From: Hemiscyllium ocellatum | Lineage: Eukaryota | Direction of reading: 5' to 3' | Assembly (NCBI RefSeq): GCF_020745735.1 | Contig: NC_083427.1 | Span: 744,001 to 808,000 of the forward strand | Length of the DNA: 64,000 bases | Shown here: positions 14,030-26,820 of the stretch, in pieces | How positions within the stretch are numbered: position 1 is the stretch's first letter | Layout of the letters: every line of letters begins with the position of its first letter | The notes under the pieces: model-generated | What the model was told of the DNA's origin: nothing | Databases searched by the model: none | What the model saw: only the letters and a program-made list of their open reading frames with translations | Translations under genes and position numbers: made by a program

Positions 14030-14350
14030 CTATACCATAAGATCAGGAGCAGGGATGTTCGCTCATGATTGTACAATGTTCAGCACTATTCATAATTCTT
14101 GAAATACTGAAGCAGTCCATGTTTAAATGTACCACGATCTGGATCCATAGCACGTTTCGGGCTGACAATTGTCAGCGAAAGTTCCTGCCACTCTAATATC
14201 ATGCATTGATTATCACCAATAAAATTACCAGAGACATTCAGTGATATTAACATTACAGGGTCATCCAATATCGACAACCTTATTGTCACCATTGACCAGA
14301 ACCTGAACTGCTCTCGTAATATAAGTACAGTGACAACAAGAACTGTTCAG
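14030..14350 (+). mobile_element. L2/CR1-group RT fragment
   Basis: 'gggatgttcgctcatgattgtacaatgttcagcact' translates to GMFAHDCTMFST, a decayed FADD motif, followed by decayed 'DL..I.AWAD' sequence. Confidence 0.55.
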
Positions 14351-14419
14351 CGGCCAGAAGTTTGATTCACTAACTATAGAATAGTGCTTTGCCTCCTTGG
14401 AAGATAATGATATTATGAT

Positions 14420-14720
14420 GTGGGTGCGGAATTCCTTCTTGGGAAGATGGCACTCTCAGACGTCACTGTCTGTATTGGTGCTAACAACATAGGCATGAAG
14501 AAGACTGAAGTCCTGAAGACAGATTTCAGCGAGTTAAAAATGAAATTGAAAGACAGATTCTCAAAGGCAGTCATCTTAGGATTTCTGTCTGCCACGGATC
14601 AATGTGTAAAAGAACAGAAGGAGTGATTGGTTCAAAACGTTTTGAAGAGCAGGTGTAGGAAAAGGCGCTTTGGATTTCTGAGGAATTAGAATGGATTCTG
14701 CAGCAGGTTGAGCCAATGTT
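14420..14720 (+). mobile_element. CR1 ORF1 SGNH-esterase fragment
   Basis: ORF 14420-14626 VTVCIGANNIGMKKTEVLKTDFSELKMKLKDRFSKAVILGFL resembles the CR1 ORF1 esterase motif (VHIGTNDIG...EFRELG.KLK.R.S.V.ISGLL, from recall). Confidence 0.65.
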
Positions 14721-14781
14721 ATCTGAACCAGCTACATCTTCGCTAGTCAGTCTTTTCAGATGCTGGAGATCAGGGTCGAGA

Positions 14782-14946
14782 AGTGTGGTGCTGGAAAAGC
14801 ACAGCCAGTCCAGCAGCATCAGAAAAGCAAGAGAGTAGATTTTTCGAACATGAGCACTTAATCAAATGAACAACTCGTGCTCAAAACGTCGACCCTCCTG
14901 TTCCTCGGATTCTGCCTGATTGGCTGCACTTTTACCGCACTACACT
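14782..14946. mobile_element. Palindromic (fold-back) Penelope-derived short element with decayed hammerhead cores
   Basis: Left arm agtgtggtgctggaaaagcacagcc...gcagcatc is the imperfect reverse complement of right arm gattctgcctgattggctgcacttttaccgcactacact. The internal 'ctcaaaacgtcga' is a decayed CGAAACGTCGA. Confidence 0.65.
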
Positions 14947-15247
14947 TTCTGACGATTTCAGTTTCTGATTAATTGTAACTCACAGGGTGTTGGCAGATTG
15001 GTAACTCACTGACTGAAAAAAAACCATTGTGTATGAAGTGGTAATTGCTAGATGTCTTGTTGTGTCGATGATCATTGGATGGATCTCAGAGCATTTGAAA
15101 TCCACCAGAAGTACCAGGAAATTCGGTGAAAATATCATGTGATTATTGATTCCGCGTTGAATGAGGCAGAGGTGCAATTTAGACACGAATACGATTATAC
15201 AAGTGTTAAATGTATATGTATGTACATTTCTCTCTGCGTGTGTGTAT

Positions 15248-16594
15248 ATAGAGTCACAGAGTCATAGAGATGTACAGCATGGAAACAGACCCTTCGGTCT
15301 AACCCGTCCACGCCGATCAGACATCCCAACCCAATCTAGTCACACCTGCCAGCACCCGGCCCATATCCCTCCAAACCCTTCCTATTCATATACCCATCCA
15401 AATGCCTCTTAAATGTTGCAATTGTACCAGCCTCCAGCACTTCCTCTGGAAGCTCATTCCATACACGTACCACCCTCTGCGTGAAAAACTTGCCTCTTAG
15501 CCCTCTTTTATATATTTCCCCTCTCACCCTAAAACTATGCCCTCTCGTTCTGGACTCCGCGACACCAGGGAAAAGATCTTGTCTATTTATCCTTTCCATG
15601 CCCCTCATAATTTTGTAAACCTCTACAAGGTCACCTCTCAGCCTCCGACGCTCCAGGGAAAACAGCCCCAGCCTGTTCAGCTTCTCGCTATAGCTCAGAT
15701 ACTGCAACCCTGGCAACATCCTTGTAAATCTTTTCTGAACCTTTTCAAGTTTCACAACATCTTTCCGATAGGAAGGACACCAAAATTGCACGCAATATTC
15801 CAACAGTGGCCTTACCAATGTTCTGTACAGAAGCAACATGACCTCCCAACTCCTGTAGTCAACACTCTGATCAATAAATGAAAGCATACCAAACGCCTTC
15901 TTCACTATCCTATCTACCTTTGACTCCATTTTCAAGGAGCTATGAAACTGCACTCCAAGGTCTCTTTGTTCAGCAACACTCCCTCGGACTTTGCCATTAA
16001 GTGTATAAGTCCTGCTAAGGTTTGTTTTCCCAAAATGCAGAACGTCGCATTTATCTGAATTAATCTTCTTCTGCCATTTCTCAGCCCATTGGCCCATCTG
16101 CTCCAGATCCTGTTGTAATCTGAGGTAACCAACTTCACAGTTCATTACACATCCAATTTTGGTGTCATCTGCAAACTTACTAACTGTACCTCTTATGCTC
16201 ACATCCAAATCTTTTATTTAAATGATAAAAAGTAGAGGGCCCAGCACCGATCCTTGCGGCACTCCACTGGCCACAGGCCTCCAGTCTGAAAAACAACTCT
16301 CCACCACCACCCTCTGTCTTCTACCTTTGAGCCAGTTCTGTCTCCAAATGGCTAGTTCTCCCTGCATTCCATGAGATCTAACCTTGCTAATCAGTCTCCC
16401 ACGGAGAACCTTGTGAAACGCCTTACTGAAGTCCATATAGATCACACCTACTGCTCAGCCCTCATCAATCTTCTTTGTTACTTCATCAAAATACTCAATC
16501 AAGTTTGTGAGACATGATTTCCCACACACAAAGCCATGTTGACTATCCCTATTCAGTCCTTCCCTTTCCAAATGCATGTACTTCCTGTCCCTCA
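15248..16594 (-). mobile_element. CR1 LINE, 5'-truncated; best-preserved copy in the window (RT C-terminal half plus 3' UTR)
   Basis: ORFs 16218-16445 (YMDFSKAF...SGVPQGSVLGPLLF) and 15336-16208 (290 aa: SKFADDTKIG...LEYCVQFW...RRRLRGDLVEVYKI...FKRHLDGYM) carry hallmark CR1 RT motifs. It ends in a (gactctat)-like 3' tandem tail. Confidence 0.95.
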
Positions 16595-16798
16595 TTATTC
16601 TCCTCACTTCTGTCTCCTTCAGTTTGGTCGGTACCTTAGATCCATTGACTTATGCTGAAATAGAGACATCGAGGCCTACAAAACAGTAAAAGTCCAGTCC
16701 CTCCATCTTGGGCTGAAGTGTGGTTTATCCATCGTTGCTCTCCCTCAACGGCTATAACATATTTTCACCAATAAGGATTTAAATATTCACACAATGCT

Positions 16799-17126
16799 CT
16801 AGATTAGACTTACAGTGTGGAAACAGGCCCTTCGGCCCAACAAGTCCACACCGACCCGCGGAAGCGCAACCCACCCATACCCCTACATTTACCCCTTACC
16901 TAACACTACGGGCAATTTAGCTTGGCCAATTCACCTGACCCCCACATCTTTGGACTGTGGGAGGAAACCGGAGCACCCGGAGGGAAACCTACCCACGGAG
17001 GAAACCCACGCAGACACAGGGAGAACGTGCAAACTCCACACAGTCAGTCGCCTGAGTCGGGAATTGAACCCGGGTCTACAGGCGCTGTGAGGCAGCAGTG
17101 CTAACCACTGTGCCACCGTGCCGCCC
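16799..17126 (-). mobile_element. tRNA-derived SINE (HE1/V-SINE type) with intact Pol III boxes
   Basis: The minus strand begins gggcggcacggTGGCACAGTGGttagcactg (A box) ... gGTTCAATTCc (B box). It has the central 'gtgtggagtttgcacgttctccc..gcgtgggtttcctcc' domain and a CR1-like tail 'gggccgaagggcctgtttccacactgt'. Confidence 0.9.
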
Positions 17127-18829
17127 TTGAAGGTGAAGTCTAGGTGAAGTCTAACAAAGCTGATTTACAAATGAGGCAACACTTCACTACTCCTGCATTC
17201 AAATCCTCTTGTGATGAAAACTAAAATTCTATCAACCTTTCTAATTGCTTGCTCCAAGCGGATGTTAGCCTTCAGTGCATAATTGGGACGGGCACCCAAA
17301 GCCTTTTGTTCCTCTTCCTTTACAACCTTTCAGAGTTTGACAAATATTAAGCTCATTGTTTCTTTCCATAAGAGTGGGTAATCTCTCATTTTCCCAGGAT
17401 ATTTTCAATCTGCACTTCCCTGATCATTGTTTTAACATGAATTAACATAAGCTCACGGACGATTTTACTTTGTGCCTCCAGGAACCAGCTCAAATGTTTT
17501 GTGTGCGTGATTAATATTCTTTTGACCTTTTCTGAATATTTTCATTTTTATGTCTGTGATATTCTTGGTTTCATTTTCTTTGAGCGGTCAGAAAAAAAAA
17601 TCCCCTGACATCGTCAATTTGATACATAACATTCCAGGAAAAGAAAACTTCCTTCATGTTACAGAGAGGTCTTGGTCTGATTAGCCATTTCAGACCATCT
17701 GGAGATATCAGCCGTGATATCGATACTTTGTACCCTTCGTTATTTCCTGTACGCTGTTTATCTCAGTCCACACATTCCAATTTGACATGGTTGAGCACAA
17801 TCTTGACCAGAGACATCTATTTTAATCAAGAGTCTCGAACCTGCTTTACGCTGAAAGGGACTTCGCTCGTATTTTTTAATCCTTTTTTACTTTTTGGATT
17901 TTAAAGAAATAAGAATTCAATAAGTTTAGACGCCTCAAAAGTTCAATTGCCTGATGCAGACGAGTACTTCCATTAGTGCAGTTGAATTGTCATTCTTTGT
18001 TCAATAGTGAGGAACAGCTGTTAATCTGACAATAATGTTTGTATCTCTCAAGTCAGGCAACTATTGAGAACCTGTATTTTATCATAGAAACCTAGTTGTT
18101 GCAAACATTGTCAAGCTTCGAGACTGCAAAATACTGATCAATTTCTGCACAATGAGCTCGGATCAGTCTTCTGTGAGGTTTCAATAAATTGTAACATGTA
18201 TTTGCATAATGCAAGTTATTGTGCTGATTAATATTTCATATTTAAATTCAATGTTCTGCTGTTCCATTTATTTGCAATACTTTTAGGAATTTGTCAAGAT
18301 TAATATTCATTGCCATAATTCTACTAAAGATGATGCTTGTACACTTACACAATTACTGAATGATGTTGATTTTGTTTGAACTCCGAAACACATCACTGAT
18401 TTTTTTTTGTTTTGAACATCTGTTTTACAGGATGGTATGGCAGAACTGAGATGCCTATCAAGCAGATTTCTAATGCATTTCCCAATTTACTCGATACAAC
18501 GATTAATTGCTTTGAGAGCAAATTCTGGCTGAGACACTGAGCTGCAATCTGAATCAGTGGAGTCCTGTGTAACTTGATTTCTCAGCTCTATCTGCAACAA
18601 ATAACTGTTAACCAGATTGTAATTGACTTACAGTGAACTCAGTTGCGAGGGACATAAGACACAACAACTTCGTGGCGTCAAGAAATATTTGAAAGTACTG
18701 GACACAGCAAAGGCTATTTTTGCTGCCAAAATCCATGCAATAGTTCCAATTTAAATGCTCCATACCTTTCCAGTACAAGCGCTTCCAGTACAACTACATT
18801 GCTGTCAACGTCCAGCAACACAGAACCCT

Positions 18830-19600
18830 TCCCACATGCATCCTGCCCAGGAATATAGGGCAATAGCAAAAACAGAAACTAGCCCAGCAGTTGACCGCTG
18901 TTAGTCATTATAAACAAAAGGAGGGCAATCACCGTGATATGGGGGAATTCAATGAGTGTAATAGTATCAAGTGGTGATGGCAAGATCCTTTCTTGTTGTA
19001 GATGGCTGACCATGTGAGATGCTAATATTTGTCATTTCTGAGCCTAACCCTGGGGATTTTCCTGGTCTTCCTGCATTTGGCCACGTATGTCTTTCGTTTC
19101 TGAGGAGTTGTGAATTGCATTGAATGTTGTGTCTTCCTCATAAAACATCACACTTCTGATCTGAAGATGATAAATGAGGTAGCTGAAGATGGTTGAATAT
19201 ATGACATCACTTTGAGTATTTCCAACAGAGATGTTCTGAAGCTGAAATATCTAACATCCAATATCCACAGCGATCCTCCTTTGCAATAGGTATGAATGGA
19301 ACCAGTGGAGAGTTTTGATTCTGATCGATATCCGTTTTGCAAGGGTTTCTTCATTCTACACGTGATCAAATGTGGCCTTCATATGAAGAACTCACTCATT
19401 TGCTTCACCTCTGGAATTCGGCTCATTTGTCCATATTTGAAACAAGACTGCACTAACTTCAAAATCTAGGCAGCCTCGGCAGAAGTCATACTTACTGCAA
19501 AGCCATTGGTTCTTTTTAACTCTGCTGAAGAGCCGTACCATCACATTTCCAGTGATCAAAATTTTACTGATTGGGTAATAATTGTTCGGAACGGATAAGG
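18830..19600 (-). mobile_element. Decayed L2/CR1-group LINE fragment
   Basis: Reverse-strand resemblance to non-LTR RT-upstream sequence. Highly degenerate; boundaries approximate. Confidence 0.4.
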
Positions 19601-21279
19601 AAATAACGAGGCAATGTTCATCATTGCTGTTTAGATGGCATTATTGCAGCTTTACTAGATCAACTTCGCTCGTGGGACAACAGGTTTTGCAAAGTAAACA
19701 TTGAGTACATTTTGAGGAACGTTGTAAGTTCTCATTGAATTATCCGGAGCTGCCAAATATTTGATGGCATGATGAAGAATGAATCGAAACTGAAGACAGG
19801 CATGTTCGATTTCTGGGGCCTCTGCCAGAACAGAAATTTAAGAAGATTACTGACCACCTTCTGAAGGGCAAGAAGGAATGAACAATAAGTTCTAGCCCAA
19901 CCGGGTTATACATATCCCATGAATTAATCAATTATGAAATAGCAGCACTCCAATTTTCAATGCGCATATTTACTTTGGCAGAAATAGACAGGGTGTGCTT
20001 GGGATGACAATAAGCTACAAGTTTCCTTCCAAGCTTAGATTAATATTGTGTCGAATTTTAAGAAGCTGAATTGGAACTTTCTGGCAATAATGTGTGAGGC
20101 TCTCCTGATAGTATGAAGTGATTCAAGAAGATGTCAGTCCATTATCTTATCAGGATTAATTTGGAACTGTAGCCAAAACAGGACGGACCGTTCTCACTAT
20201 TTTATAAATAAATGTAGAGCTGCATTATCAATGGAAATAAAACGCTTCTTACTCGATCTAAAGGAAGCTACTTGGCCCATGTGCAGCTCGTGATAACTGA
20301 GATTCATTCTTCCCATTAGGTATTGATTTGTGGCAAATTCTCAGTTGTTATAAATTGAAAATATTGTTCCGGATGGTAACTGATGTGAGGAACATTAGTT
20401 ATTGATTTTACGGGAGCGGGAAGGTGAAGGCAATAAGAGACAAGAAACGAGCTAGTTCCTTCTTTTAGTTCCCTTATGATACAGAAATATTGGGCCATTT
20501 GTGGCATTGGGGCGAACCCGACTGCATGTTGCGGTGAACACTGCATTTATTGATTGGCTGAACTGTAGTTATTATTTTTGATTAGACAAGTTAAACATTT
20601 GAAACTGTGATGATGTATTTCGTAAACTGCAGTTTTTTGGTTTGTTTAATTGCGGTCTTTTATCAAATATATCAAGTCGTTTGCATAAAGTAATAAGGGT
20701 CGTTAAATCTACAACAGAGCTTACATTGATATAAGTGTTCCCCGTCTCATGCTGGCGACAGAGCTTCACAAACAATGAGTATTCTTGGAGGCAAAACAGT
20801 GAAACATACATAGTAGATACATTGTTTTAGTCTCGACAACTAATTCTAAATATTATTTCCTGATACATTTGTTGATGCATTCCATGTTTAATATTTATCC
20901 AGCACCATTAAGAATTCATATTACATTCATAATTGCTCACACTCTAGCACTAATAGGAATTCTAAGCGTTACTATACAACCATCAAAACAACCTGGTGTG
21001 GATTCTGGTGTGGAGCTCAATTTATGTGCATTCTGGCAAAAATGTGACAATTCTGCATCAACATGTTTTGTGGACTAATATAACTTTAGGTTTTTGTGTG
21101 TGCTTTATGGCGGTATGAATAAGACTAGTAGAAGATAGAGGAAATTTAGAGAGATTTGAGAACTCCAAACTGACTGCATTCACAATACTGTAAAAGCGTC
21201 TGCAAAGTGTGTCAATATTAATCCGTAAAACCTTTAGACGTGTGGTATTAATCAGTTCATTTAGAATACTCGATCTGCT

Positions 21280-22520
21280 CCATCATTCGAGCATTGCTGA
21301 CATGTCTCTCAACCCCATTCTTCTGCCTTCTCTCCATAACCCTTGATTCCCTTCCTAATCAAGAAACTAAATCTGTATTAAATACACTCAATGATCTAGA
21401 CTTCACAAACCTCTGTGACATGGAGTTATCCCCTTCTGTTGAATAAATTCCTCTCCATCTCAATTTTGAAGGATCGTCCCTTCACTCTGAGGATATGCCC
21501 TCGGGTTGAAGTCCTGTTGTGCGAGGAAAATTATCTTCTGCTTATCCGCTGTATACAGGTTTATCAGTATTCAGTAAGATTCAATGATACTCCACTCTTA
21601 TTCTTCTAAACTGCATTGCGCTCAAAGGTAGAAGCTTCAACTGATCTTCATAAGATAAGCCTGGTATCCAGTGGATCGTTTTTGTAAAGCCTCTGTGGAC
21701 TCCCTCCAATGCCACACGTCCTTCCTTAGATAGGAGTCCAAAACTGCTCACAATATTCCACATGTGCTCCCTATCGACCCTCATACAGTTGGATTTCCAA
21801 CTCGCGTCATGCTTCAAGTTTCAGAAGTCTATCCCCATTTAGGAAATATTTCTCATATTTATCCTTCCAAACAAAGTTCATAACCTTACATTTCCCCACA
21901 TGATGTTCCATCTACCACTTCTCTGCTAATCCCCCCGACAGTCGAAGTCCTTCAGCACAATCCATTTCCTCAGCATTTCTTGTCCCTCAAACTATCATTG
22001 TATAATCTGCGACGTTGGCAACAATGCCCTCAGTTCCTTCGTTTAGATCATTTATGAATAAAGTGAATAGTTGTGGTCCCAACGCTGACCCTGCAGAAAT
22101 CCAGTAGTCACTGGCTGTCGTCCTGAAAATGACCTCTTTATCCCCACAGTTTTTCTTCTGCCAGTCAGCCAATTCTTCAGTTATGTCAGTGAGTTATGCC
22201 AAGCACTATGGCTCAAATCTTATTTAGCAGGTCTCTGTTCTTGTCAAAATCAAAATACATCGTGTTTACTGGGTCTTCTTTGTCTTACTTGATGGTTGCC
22301 TCCTCAAATAATTCTTTCAGATTTGTGAGGCATGGCTTCCCATTGACGAAGCTGAAACAACCCTATTTTACCAACACACGCAAGTGTTCTGCAATCTCAC
22401 GTTGAATAATGGACATGAAAATCTTACTAACGACCGAGGTTATGCTAACCAGCCTAAATGTCACAGCTTTTGAGTTAACTAATTCGTTGCAAGAAACTGG
22501 ACATTAATAGATTACCATTT
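21280..22520 (-). mobile_element. Decayed CR1 LINE
   Basis: Minus ORFs 21987-22172 (..SALGPQLFTLFINDL.EGTEG.VAN.AD.T..) and 21581-21817 (..ALEGVHRGFTK.I..IPGLSYED.LK.L..). Confidence 0.8.
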
Positions 22521-22587
22521 ATCTCTTTCTTAGATAAGCTTTCTTAGAGAAGCAATATAAAAGGACAAAGCCCTGATGGCTTTAACG

Positions 22588-23570
22588 AGAACAAAGAACA
22601 AAGAAAATTTACAGTCCAGGATCCGGTCCTTCAGTTCTTACCCTGAGCTGATCCAAATCTATTGTCTAAACCTCTCAGCCAATTCCTCAGCATCGGTATC
22701 CCCCTGCTCCCCACCTACTCACGCATCTGTCCAGACACATCTTAAATGAATCTACCATGCCTGCCTCTATCACCTCTGCCGGCAACGCGTTCCAGACACC
22801 CACTGCCCTCTGTATAAAGTACTTGCCGCGTGTATCCCCCTTAAACATTTCACCTCTCACCTTGAAAGCATGACCTCTCGTAAAGGAAAAGCCTTGCCTT
22901 TATCTACCCTGTCTCTACCCTTCATGACTTTGTAAACCTCAATCAGGTCCCCCCTCAATCTCCTTTTTTCTAATGAAAACAATCCTAACATTCTCAACCA
23001 CTGTTCATAGCTAGAACCATACCAGGCAACATCCTCGTAAACCTTCTCTGCACCCTCTCTAATATATCCTATACCCTGGAACATCTAGTTGACCATCATG
23101 ACCTTCTTTCAACCAAGTCTCTATGACTGTAATACGTCATTGTCACAGGCACCAATACAAGTCCTAAGTTTATCTACCTGACACACTATACTCGCATTAA
23201 TGTAGATGCACTTCAGACCACCAGTTCTTTTGCATTCATCTGCTTTCTGCCTACTCTTCCACTTATTAATGCTATCTTTATGATTAGTACATCTCTAGTA
23301 TCCACATCACTGTCTAATTGTCTTCTCTTCTGGTTTCCACCACGCCTGGCACATTCGTTTAAAACCTCCCCAACAGTACTAGCAAAAACTCCCCCAAGGA
23401 CATTTGTGCTAGTCTGTTTCAGATGTAGACCGTCCATTTTGTAATCGTCCCACCATCCCCAGAACCGGTCTCAATGTCCCAACAAATCTGAACCCCCTCC
23501 CTCCTACGCCAATACTCAAGGCACGTGTTCATCCTGCCTATTTTTCATTTCTACGCTGACGATCAAGTGA
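22588..23570 (-). mobile_element. CR1 LINE: 3' end joined to an upstream 5' fragment
   Basis: Minus ORF 22857-23084 SYEQWLRMLGLFSLEKRRLRGDLIEVYKVMKG and an (agaacaa)n tail at 22588. 23090-23570 resembles CR1 sequence from near the start of ORF2, so the copy is internally deleted. Confidence 0.8.
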
Positions 23571-25994
23571 CACGTGCCTTGTGTAGTTTCAGAATATTCT
23601 CCTGAGTCATTGGAAAGAACAGATCAGACTAAATTCGATAGAAGGCTGATTTTCAGACTTGGTTTAATTAAGAAGCTGCTATTGAGGAAATCTCAGCAAA
23701 TAATAAGTGAATACAATAAAATGAATCATTGCGATCCAGGATAGAAGTTAAGACACACTTATCAGTAGTCATACTGATTATTATCATGATGTTAATAAGG
23801 TACAACATTCTCACATGCAGAAAGATCTGGCTGTCAGAAGGCATGAACCACAGACGGCTAAGAGCCTGTTACGGACATTAATCAAGGAAGTTAAATGAAA
23901 TCTTTGTGTTTTTGTGACAGCACTGCACTGCAACAGTATAACAGCTTCTGTTGTACAGGGCATTGCTAAGGTAAAAATCAGATATACATTGGACAGTGTT
24001 GGTCACTGTGCTTATAGAAATGTTAATGAGAAAGAAGAGGAAACAGGGGAGAGAGGCGAGGTCTGTACATTCTGGAGTTAAGCAGAGACAGAAGTCACTT
24101 AATTGATGCATATGGAGTGCTAAGGAAAATAGGTGGGATCGATGATGAAAGATTGTTTCCTTTTTTGGGGGAATAGAGAAAAAAAATCATAGTTTTAACA
24201 CAAGGACTCGACCATTTCAGACAGACATGAAAGGGAAATAATTGCTTATATATTTGTGAGTCTTTGGAATGCTCTTCCACAAAGACAGAGAAATCAGAAC
24301 GGTATGAAATATTTACAAGGAAAGGTAAATACATTTTTGATTTCAAGTGGATGGAACATTATTCAGTATGAAGGAATGTTGAGCTGAGGCAAATTTCAGA
24401 TCAGCTATCATCTTCTTGAATGCTGGAGCAGGGCTAGAAATGCGGCGCGGGGGGTGGGGGGCATTCTTGTTGCCTCTTCTGAAGTTATAAACGGATAACA
24501 ATCAGGAAGAAATTAGATATTACTCAGTTTCAGCCAAGCAACCTCAAGAACTTCGATTCCCTCCACTCCACCTCCACATGGCAAACAGCATGCGATAATG
24601 CTGAATGTGTTTGCATTAAAAACGGGCAAATAGAATACACTGAAAATGCTAAACAAAGTTAGCAATGTCTGAGAAGAGCTGAACAAATTTAAGAGTTCAC
24701 GCCATGTGTTTTAATCGGAGCCCATCTGATGAAATATCATGACATTAAACTCCAATCCTGGTAAAAGTTTTCACAGCATCATAACGCTGTCTGCGAGGAT
24801 GTGCCTGCTTCCCCCGGCAAAGATTTTACATTTAAACGTATATGCACGGCTCCTGTTTCCAGCTTATGCAATCTCTCGAAGTTCTCTTTCTCGATGCAAA
24901 CATTTTCTGCCTGTTCATAATTCAAACGCACATTATGTGGACCAACAATTGCAGTGCGTTGAACAAAAAAAGCTCATTTTCCATGTAATCATCATATTAA
25001 TCTTTCCACGTCAGTCAACATTCTGTACAATCGTTGGTGCAAGCTTTGAAATCACAGCACACAAACTCTTTGGTGGAATCAAACGCCGATCTGAGATACA
25101 GTGTTGGGATTTTTCATTTGCACCATTTTGAATTGATTTAACAAGAATGAACTGGAATTTCATTTGACTCTTTGTGCAATTCTACCAAGCACTAACGTCA
25201 TGCTCAAAAAGAAGCTTTCCTCAACGAAACAAAACACTTTTAACAATTCAAGGCATATCGAATCCTCTTTTGATTAACAAGTGCCAAAAAACATTTTCCA
25301 CTTTCTACTGAGTTCTGTCTGGTGCTTTTAAACTAAATCACACCGATCTATCAATATCGTTTTGCTCTTCTGAATTGCGAGCCATATCTGCAGTTGAATA
25401 GAACATTCAAGTTTTAGCAGCACCATCTCGAAGATTATACCCAAATGGATGATGTCAACGTGACGAGAAGCTTCTATCTATTTTTAAACGGTCTGAATTT
25501 CGTCTCTTTTTTCGAGTTTTCTCTGTTCTGAATTCTTGAATTGACTTCACTAACCAGTTTCAAATTTTGAATTCTGCAAAACCGGTACTTACTTTCATAG
25601 TTACTAACAGTCAAAGACTTTCAAATATTGACACACATTTCATACAGAATGTTCAAGGAACGAGAGACGACAATTAAAGCTGATGTTTCTAATTTTATGG
25701 TTCTAGCGAGCATTGCATGCACACATTAGACTGCGTGGCCACTCGGTTGTCAGAGGTCACCATATGTGGGTTTCAGTCTTAATTATTGAAGTGCCCCCTT
25801 TGTTCATGAATTCGCTGCCTGAACTTGACAAATGTTCATGGATATGGAATTAAAATATCACCAAGTTAAACACAAGGAAGTAAGCACATGCTGTTAATCT
25901 CTCTATTCTCAATTGATGCAGATTTCCATGATGTGATGTTGGTTCGTCTGCACACAGCTCAGCCCATCACGGTTCGTGAGTTAGAATCAACGTG

Positions 25995-26048
25995 ATTGGT
26001 TTCTCGCTCCACATGATGCAAATGAACAGAGCCTCCCGTGGTTTATAA
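25995..26048 (+). promoter_or_regulatory. IgNAR V promoter: inverted CCAAT (ATTGG 25995-25999), E-box CACATG (26010-26015), octamer ATGCAAAT (26016-26023), TATA-like TTATAA (26043-26048)
   Basis: Motifs read directly. They lie ~90-145 bp upstream of the leader ATG in the Ig V-promoter order octamer then TATA. Confidence 0.75.
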
Positions 26049-26138
26049 GGTCGGTGCTCCGACACACACTGTTACACAGAACAGGTTTTAATTCCAGTAT
26101 TGGCTGCGTATGAAGTTTTGTTTGCTGGTGCAGAAACA

Positions 26139-26181
26139 ATGAATATTTTCTTGGTTTCGTGCCTTTTAGCCTGGTTACCAA
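26139..26181 (+). CDS. IgNAR: IgNAR leader exon (MNIFLVSCLLAWLP + first base of N)
   Basis: ATG in caATGa context, hydrophobic signal peptide, phase-1 donor A|gtaagt. Splices over a 126-nt intron to give ...[11 protein letters not shown], matching known IgNAR leaders (MNIFLLSVLLALLPNVFT, from recall). Confidence 0.95.
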
Positions 26182-26307
26182 GTAAGTACTGTTTCTTATA
26201 GATGTTACGCATATAAGGACCATGTTCATATTATTGAAATTTCCTTGTCTGAAACTCTCCTGATGAGAAACAAATGTCATGTATTAAATATATTTTTCTC
26301 CGCACAG

Positions 26308-26582
26308 ATGTCTTTACTGCAAGGGTTGAACAAACACCGAGAACGGCAACAAAGGAGACAGGCGAATCACTGACCATCAATTGCGTCCTAAAAGATACCA
26401 GCTGTGCATTGTATAGCACGTACTGGTATTTCACAAAAAAGGGCACATCAACGAAGAAGAGCTTATCAACTAGTGGACGATACTCGGAAACAGTGAACTC
26501 GGGATCAAAGTCCTTTTCTTTGCGAATTCGTGACCTAAGAGTTGAAGACAGTGGTACATATCAGTGTAATGCGTATAATTAT
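26308..26582 (+). CDS. IgNAR: VNAR variable gene segment, germline, type II (CDR1 Cys)
   Basis: Acceptor tttttctccgcacag|. Open frame (N)[91 protein letters not shown], with canonical Cys/Trp/Cys, an extra CDR1 Cys, a truncated CDR2 region and no FR2 Cys. Confidence 0.98.
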
Positions 26583-26620
26583 CACAGTAATAAACCTGAT
26601 CTTCCACCAATACAAAAACA
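26583..26620 (+). other. V 3' RSS: heptamer CACAGTA, 22-bp spacer, nonamer ACAAAAACA
   Basis: Counted directly: heptamer 26583-26589, spacer 26590-26611, nonamer 26612-26620. Confidence 0.95.
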
Positions 26621-26820
26621 CCTTCAGATCTTCCGTGAAGCAAATTTGCCTTGTTTTGGCTTGTCAACGCTCAATATGCACTTTGAGGCCACTGCTCATG
26701 ATACAGACTAGCAGGAATCAAGTTCTAAAAGATAGCTAACAAAATTCAGCAGGGAAATTCAGAAAAGGGGCACTTGGATATTCAGTGCAGCTGTTGAACT
26801 TACAGTAACGTGCGAGCATT

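Noticed and set aside
13664-18207. Other octamers (ATTTGCAT at 13664 and 18200; also 61621)
   Set aside because: An 8-mer is expected a few times in 64 kb of AT-rich DNA, and these lack a TATA or leader context.
26589-26711. C-terminal extension of the V ORF (..[14 protein letters not shown]..) and N-terminal [11 protein letters not shown]
   Set aside because: Read-through into the RSS and intron; not part of the mature protein.
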